NCBI GenBank assembly: GCA_048940645.1
Contig: JBHLOI010000008.1
Span: 28,926 to 92,925, forward strand
Direction of reading: 5' to 3'
From: Promethearchaeota archaeon
GTDB lineage: Archaea > Asgardarchaeota > Lokiarchaeia > Sigyniarchaeales > SOKP01
DNA: 64,000 nucleotides
Shown here: positions 58,551 to 64,000 of the stretch, piece by piece
How positions within the stretch are numbered: the first letter of the stretch is position 1
How the letters are laid out: every line of letters begins with the position of its first letter
Made by a program: the position numbers and the translations under genes
Notes under the pieces: generated by a model
What the model was told of the DNA's origin: nothing
Seen by the model: only the letters and a program-made list of their open reading frames with translations
The model's database searches: none

Positions 58551-60131
58551 ATGAAGAAAAAAGGATTTATAGATCCACAAGGAAGAGTTTGGAGAACAAA
58601 TAAGGATAAAATTAATGAATTAGTTGAGCTCATGAACAAAGAATCGCTTTATCCTATGCAAAGTACCGATGAGTTGCTTTATGTGTTCGATGCAGTTCTT
58701 GATCCCGAGGAGATTAACTTTATGCTTGAAATGGGTGGTGGAAATCATACACTTAAAAGTATTCGAGATAAGATTGATTTACCAGAAAAAGAAATTAAGA
58801 ATCTTATTGATTCTTTAGTGCATAAAGGACCAATAGTGATTATAAAAGACAAATCTGGAAATAATAATTATCATTTAATGTCAATTTTCGTAGGCTGGTT
58901 TGAATTGTACTTAATGAGGGGTAAAAAAAACAAGGATACAAAACTTTTTGCACAAAGATTAGAAACTTTTATTAACTTTCCTTCAAAATTAGACCCAGAA
59001 ATGGTAAATGAACTTATGAAAGATGCTAAACCATTTTTCAATGTACTTGCTGCGGGTAAACTTCAACCTAAAACTATTCAAGTTGACCAAGAGATAGAAC
59101 CTGGCGAAAATATTGTTTTTCCAACTAAAAGAGTATTATCTATTTTTGAACAATTAGATGAAGATGAAATAATCACTGTTGGTAATTGTTTTTGTCGATT
59201 TCAAAAGCAATTAGTAAAAGATAACTGCCGTGTTGATTTTTCATTAGAAGCATGTATCTCTATTGGTCCTGCTGCTCAATACCTCAGAGATCAAGGCATT
59301 GCTAAACAAATTAGCAAAGCAGATGCTATTTCAAGAATAAAAAGATTTCAGGAAATGGGTGCGATACATCAAACTACACCTACTATTCCCATTAAAGATT
59401 TTCAACTAAAATATCCCTATGATAGATTCTGCAACTGTTGTTGGGATTGTTGCACATTAATAGGTGCCTATAATCGTGGACAGATGCCTTATTTGCTCAA
59501 GAGATTTCATAAAGTTGTACTTCCAGATCCTGGAGTATGTACTGGTTGCGAAGAATGTATATCTTACTGTCCTACTAGTGCAATTAGCATTAATACTTCA
59601 GGAAAAGCTGAAGTTAAAGATGAATTTTGTATTGGATGCGGTCACTGCTATTATCACTGTAATACTGGTGCTTTTGAATTAATTGAGGATGAACGAACCC
59701 TCTTTCTCCCAATTTTAGAAAAATCACAAGTAAGAATTAAATCAACATTGATAGAAGAAGATAAAGCTGAAGCTATAAGTATTGATGAAAATACGGTCAG
59801 CGACAAGAATGAAGTTCTTGAAGCCTTAAATAAGTTCCGTCAAAGATTTCTATCTGAAGAAAATGTCGAAACTTTTAAAAATTGGACTAAGACATTTCAA
59901 TTTCATTTCAAAGATATAGATGAGCATTGGTATTTCGAGGTAAAAGAAGGAATTCCCAGTGAACTTAAAGAAGGAAAAGCAGATAATCCAGATATCATTG
60001 AGGAAATGTCAGGAACAACCTATATTAAGCTTGTTCGAGGAATGATTGATTTTATGAAGGCAAAAAAACAGAAGTTAATAAAAGTAAATGCAGCTCTTAA
60101 AGATTTGATTAAATTGGGAAAATTAGTCTAA
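58551..60131 (+). CDS. Fe-S protein (CxC, CxCC and 2x[4Fe-4S] dicluster) fused to a C-terminal SCP2 lipid-binding domain
   Basis: CFCR, CNCCWDCC, CTGCEECISYCP, CIGCGHCYYHC; C-terminal FQF.F.D...W..EV..G....EG....PD......G..D...A....KV. Confidence 0.82.
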   Translation: MKKKGFIDPQGRVWRTNKDKINELVELMNKESLYPMQSTDELLYVFDAVLDPEEINFMLEMGGGNHTLKSIRDKIDLPEKEIKNLIDSLVHKGPIVIIKDKSGNNNYHLMSIFVGWFELYLMRGKKNKDTKLFAQRLETFINFPSKLDPEMVNELMKDAKPFFNVLAAGKLQPKTIQVDQEIEPGENIVFPTKRVLSIFEQLDEDEIITVGNCFCRFQKQLVKDNCRVDFSLEACISIGPAAQYLRDQGIAKQISKADAISRIKRFQEMGAIHQTTPTIPIKDFQLKYPYDRFCNCCWDCCTLIGAYNRGQMPYLLKRFHKVVLPDPGVCTGCEECISYCPTSAISINTSGKAEVKDEFCIGCGHCYYHCNTGAFELIEDERTLFLPILEKSQVRIKSTLIEEDKAEAISIDENTVSDKNEVLEALNKFRQRFLSEENVETFKNWTKTFQFHFKDIDEHWYFEVKEGIPSELKEGKADNPDIIEEMSGTTYIKLVRGMIDFMKAKKQKLIKVNAALKDLIKLGKLV

Positions 60132-60190
60132 AAATTGAAGGCTAATTAAAGTTCAGATATTAAAATTGTAAAAATAGGTGATTAGAAAAA

Positions 60191-60682
60191 GTGGCAAAGT
60201 TATCTTTAACAAGTCCAGTATTCAATAATATGGGTGAAATACCTCTTAAATACACCTGTCAAGGAGAGGAAATTAATCCTCCTCTTAGAATTTCAGGGGT
60301 TCCACCTAACTCAAGAAGTTTAGTTTTAATAGTAGAGGATATTGATCCCCCAATTCCATTTGGAATTACCATTACTCATTGGGTAATATGTCATCTTGAT
60401 CCGAATACTACAGAAATACCAGAGGGTGCTTCTCTAGATGATGCTATTATTGGAAAAAGAACGGGAGGAAGGCATGAATACATGGGACCTTGTCCTCCAT
60501 TCGGTACTCATAGGTATGTGTTCAAATTATTTGCTTTAGATAAGAAATTAGCTCTAAATTCAGATAGTAGAAAGAAGAAAGTTTTGAAAGCTATGAAAGG
60601 ACATATTATTCTGCAAACAACTTTAACGGGAGTATATAAAAAACATAAATTAGAAAAAAAAAGTAAAGATAAATCAAAATAA
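60191..60682 (+). CDS. YbhB/YbcL (PEBP/RKIP) family protein
   Basis: IP.KYTC.G..INPPL, DIDPP..THWV, Y.GPCPP.GTHRY.F.LFALD. Confidence 0.93.
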   Translation: MAKLSLTSPVFNNMGEIPLKYTCQGEEINPPLRISGVPPNSRSLVLIVEDIDPPIPFGITITHWVICHLDPNTTEIPEGASLDDAIIGKRTGGRHEYMGPCPPFGTHRYVFKLFALDKKLALNSDSRKKKVLKAMKGHIILQTTLTGVYKKHKLEKKSKDKSK

Positions 60683-60701
60683 ATTTCATTAACATCTTTT
60701 G

Positions 60702-62078
60702 CTAATTTAAGATAAATTTTAAATATATTTTTTCAAAAAGAGATTTTTCTTGTTCTTTCCATTTTTCAAATGAATTGACGCTATTAGGATAGTTTTTGTA
60801 GAGATTAATGACTTTATTCATATATTTTGTCAGGGACTTTAATTCGAGTAGTAATTTTGGTCGAGTGATTCCTTTAAGGACTTTCTTAATAATTGCTTTA
60901 TAATTTAAATCTAATTCTCCATGAAACCAAAGTTTACTAATATCAGTGTCAGTTAAAATATTCTTTTTAATGATAAAATTTAGATCTTTTGAAGGTTTAT
61001 ACTGAAAGAAGAGTCTTATGATGTCTGAAACAGCATGTTTTGCACCAAAATCTGACATAATGATGGAATTGTAGTCCCATAAGGTATTTAGGGAGTAATC
61101 ATTTGCATAAATAGCCTTTTTAGCTACTTGAGCAGCATAGTATCCTGCTCTCATTCCAACATCAATACCCCCGCCATTAGCAGGATCTACATGACATGCA
61201 GCATCTCCAACAAACATGATACCATTATCAGCGCAGGAGAGCAATGGTCTTCTTAACGGTACTACGCATCCTGCTGAAGAGATTATATCAAAGTTAGTTT
61301 GGGTAATAAAGTAATCAAAAACATACTTTTGAAAGTATTCTTTAATTGATCCTTTATATTGTATGAAAGTACCTAAACCGATGTTAATAATCGTTTCACT
61401 TTTAGGAAAATACCAAATAAATCCTCCTGGTGATCGTTTATCGGGATCAATGATTAATGTACAATAATCAAGGTCTTGAATTAGTTTCGATTCAGATGGA
61501 AGCTTCACTATGCTACGAAAGCATAATACTAAGTCCCTCTTAGGAATTTCGTTTATTATGAGAGTGCTTTTTATTGTTCTTCTTAATGTAGAATAACAAC
61601 CACTCGCATCGATAACAATTTTCGACTTTAAATCCACTTTTGAACCATTTTTTAGCCTAACTTTAATACCATCAACACCCTCCTTATTATAAGTTAGATT
61701 TATAGCCCTTGTTTTATCTAGAAATTCGTCGATGCCGGAATCAATCGCTTCATTAAGTAATCTCTGGCCAAATCTTAACCGATCTACAAAATATAATGGT
61801 ATTTTTATCGTTAATGAGCTTTTTTGATCAGGTGAATAAAGCCGAAAACCACGCTTAAGGCTTAAAAGTTCATCTCCTTTGGGTGGACTAATCTGCAGAA
61901 AATCGAATATCGTTGCAAGAACACCATCACCGCAAACCTTATTACCTATTTCACTTCTGGTATTACTATCAATTAGGCAAACTTTTAAGCCTTGCTGAGC
62001 AGCAAATCTGGCTGCTATAGCCCCTGATGTACCCGCACCAACGACAATTACATCGAAATTAAGCTTTGCTATTTCCAT
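60702..62078 (-). CDS. geranylgeranyl reductase family FAD oxidoreductase
   Basis: VVGAGTSG, KVCGD, WYFPK, VGDAA..V.P..GGGI. Confidence 0.9.
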   Translation of the reverse strand: MEIAKLNFDVIVVGAGTSGAIAARFAAQQGLKVCLIDSNTRSEIGNKVCGDGVLATIFDFLQISPPKGDELLSLKRGFRLYSPDQKSSLTIKIPLYFVDRLRFGQRLLNEAIDSGIDEFLDKTRAINLTYNKEGVDGIKVRLKNGSKVDLKSKIVIDASGCYSTLRRTIKSTLIINEIPKRDLVLCFRSIVKLPSESKLIQDLDYCTLIIDPDKRSPGGFIWYFPKSETIINIGLGTFIQYKGSIKEYFQKYVFDYFITQTNFDIISSAGCVVPLRRPLLSCADNGIMFVGDAACHVDPANGGGIDVGMRAGYYAAQVAKKAIYANDYSLNTLWDYNSIIMSDFGAKHAVSDIIRLFFQYKPSKDLNFIIKKNILTDTDISKLWFHGELDLNYKAIIKKVLKGITRPKLLLELKSLTKYMNKVINLYKNYPNSVNSFEKWKEQEKSLFEKIYLKFILN

Positions 62079-62564
62079 GCTATTTAATATAAACCCATAT
62101 CAAAAATAAATAACTTAAGAATAATTTATTAAAATATGGAATTTCAATACCTTAATCAAATAATTCGGGTTTTCCTATATAATTAGAAAATTTTTGTTTT
62201 AAAAAATCTTTTTTACTTTTTAAAAAAGATAAAATTACTACCCAAAAAAATATTATTTTCGAATTTTTAGAGAAGTTTTATAAGCTCTCCCTAGGAGAAT
62301 TTCACCCCAATTATGAAAAGTTCCAAACTCTGGAATTATGAAAAGTTCCAAACGACTGATATGATTTATTATTACAACTTTAAAAGCTACCTTAGTAAGC
62401 TAATTAAAATGGTCTATACCATAACTGACTCCGTACGAAATAAATTAATATTACCAAAATACTATAAAATGAATATTAAGGAATTACATGAAAAGCTTCA
62501 TATATGATAGGGCAATATATAAGCTTAAGATCCAGTTGTTATTCTCTTAGAAAAAGATAGAGAA

Positions 62565-63833
62565 ATGCAGAATAAAAAACAAATAAGTATAGTATTAATT
62601 GTTATCATTTGTATTATTGCTCCCATTTTAACGATCATAAGTATTGGTATACATAGAAATAGCGAAGAATACTATTTTGAAGGAATTAAAATTTCGATTG
62701 AACTGGGAGATCTTACAGAGCCTATAGAGATCTTGAATCCAAAAGGTTTCAATGTATTATACAAAGATAGTGATAATATCATTTTCAATTATAGAACCGC
62801 AGAGAACGTTATTGCAACAGAATATGTTTTAGATGGATTATCACCTCAACCAATTCCAGATACAAATGTGATACCAAAGCCAGAGGTGGGAAATCATTCC
62901 TTAGTGTTATTGGGAATTAATGGCACGGATGAATCGTGTAATTCAATAATAGTCTATTTTTACATTAGTAATAAACCCCCGGGTATCCTAGGAGCAGCAG
63001 CAGAGGTAAATGATGAGACGGATAAAGGTAGTTTATCAACTGTTTCATTTGGTGGCACTGAAAAAGGACTAAAGGCTAGCTTACCTTATACTACTCAAAT
63101 CTTCCTTGAAGGACCACAGAGAACAATTTTGGATGGATCTCTTACAAATATTCCCTACACAAAAAACATTGACTTGAAATTTGAGACCTTGACAGTTTAC
63201 ATACCTTTAATGATATGTAGAAGCGAACCATGGTATAATCATACTGTTAATGTTACATCATCATTTACTATAAGTTCAATTACGGGTACTTGCGGTTGGA
63301 TTGAGTATGTTAAAGATGGTGAAATTATGGTAATATATTTTTCAACTTTCTTGTTTCACCTCTTTGGATCTGTATTATATTGGAATAATGAGATCAGAAA
63401 ATATGACGTTATTGTTGTTGAAGGAATTGATTTTTGTAATACTTATTCAATGAAATATAAATCTAACGAGTCAATTTTAGAAATACCTTTAACTCAGAAT
63501 ATTACTTATGAAACAGGATTTAATGGCAAACCAACTGAATATTATGATAAAATGATATCCCATGGTAGCGAGATAGGTGTTTGGAGCAAGGAAAGAATTT
63601 GGATAGAGAATCAGGGGTATGAGGGAGAAGTATTTCTAGGAAAATATGATCACGACGAATTTAGTCCGGTTCCAATCAGATTTTCAATTCCTCGACAATG
63701 TAAATCAGTCGAAGAGCTGTTACTAAATACCATCCAACACACCTTCATCCGAACTCACGAGGATCCCAATAACTACAATCATAATTATCGGGGTTATGAA
63801 AATGCATTTAGTTACAATCTTTATTCAATTTAA
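62565..63833 (+). CDS. hypothetical secreted/membrane-anchored protein with N-terminal Ig-like segment
   Basis: N-terminal TM; I.I.NP..Y....Y.LDG...P..G.H.L. Confidence 0.7.
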   Translation: MQNKKQISIVLIVIICIIAPILTIISIGIHRNSEEYYFEGIKISIELGDLTEPIEILNPKGFNVLYKDSDNIIFNYRTAENVIATEYVLDGLSPQPIPDTNVIPKPEVGNHSLVLLGINGTDESCNSIIVYFYISNKPPGILGAAAEVNDETDKGSLSTVSFGGTEKGLKASLPYTTQIFLEGPQRTILDGSLTNIPYTKNIDLKFETLTVYIPLMICRSEPWYNHTVNVTSSFTISSITGTCGWIEYVKDGEIMVIYFSTFLFHLFGSVLYWNNEIRKYDVIVVEGIDFCNTYSMKYKSNESILEIPLTQNITYETGFNGKPTEYYDKMISHGSEIGVWSKERIWIENQGYEGEVFLGKYDHDEFSPVPIRFSIPRQCKSVEELLLNTIQHTFIRTHEDPNNYNHNYRGYENAFSYNLYSI

Positions 63834-64000
63834 ATTCAGTCATTTAAATATATTTAATATTGCGATGTTTTTGTTAGAACTACAATCATTTGAAATTTTA
63901 TTCTCTGATAAAGAAGCTGTAGATAATTTTCGAATAAATTAATTGTATTATTTTGATATTTTTTTATTGAAATTAAACAAAAAATGGTCTATATAAGTTT

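Noticed and set aside
2474-59682. Other short nested or antisense ORFs in the track (e.g. 2474, 5068, 8770, 10968, 19794, 33739, 48473, 59464)
   Set aside because: They lie within well-supported genes and lack recognisable motifs.
62313-62507. 64-aa ORF with short repeat tgaaaagttccaaac
   Set aside because: Low-complexity intergenic sequence; the twice-repeated 15-mer may be regulatory, but there is no evidence of coding.

Overview
AT-rich archaeal DNA, most likely an Asgard (Lokiarchaeia/Promethearchaeota-like) chromosome segment. The evidence is archaeal ribosomal, RNA polymerase and KEOPS genes together with a Rab-like GTPase, two roadblock proteins, a gelsolin-like protein and Loki-type beta-helix surface proteins. 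Bases 1-14 kb hold peptidases, lipid and C1 enzymes (fae-hps) and regulators. Bases 14.9-23.2 kb are a rearranged informational cluster (rps6e, rpl24e, rpo10, rpl7ae, rps28e, bud32, kae1, rps27ae, rps24e, dephospho-CoA kinase, spt4, rpo7). Bases 24-35 kb hold eukaryotic-signature and housekeeping genes. Bases 35-64 kb are an accessory region with surface proteins, hydrolases, a corrinoid methyltransferase pair and a dispersed structured repeat. The top finding is rps27ae, which is absent from the ORF track: it is split by a 31-nt insert (20964-20994) that folds into a bulge-helix-bulge motif, and cutting at the rule-predicted sites exactly restores the zinc-ribbon reading frame. This is a candidate tRNA-endonuclease-type intron in an Asgard ribosomal-protein mRNA. 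Other notable observations are apparent ATT start codons (rpo7, spt4, an M50-like protease), a paralogous-ectodomain pair made of an HFS-motif membrane protein and a membrane-tethered transcription factor, a TrmB-like protein with a ~500-aa coiled coil, and a covarying hairpin repeat at gene junctions. No rRNA, tRNA, CRISPR array, integrase or transposase was recognised.
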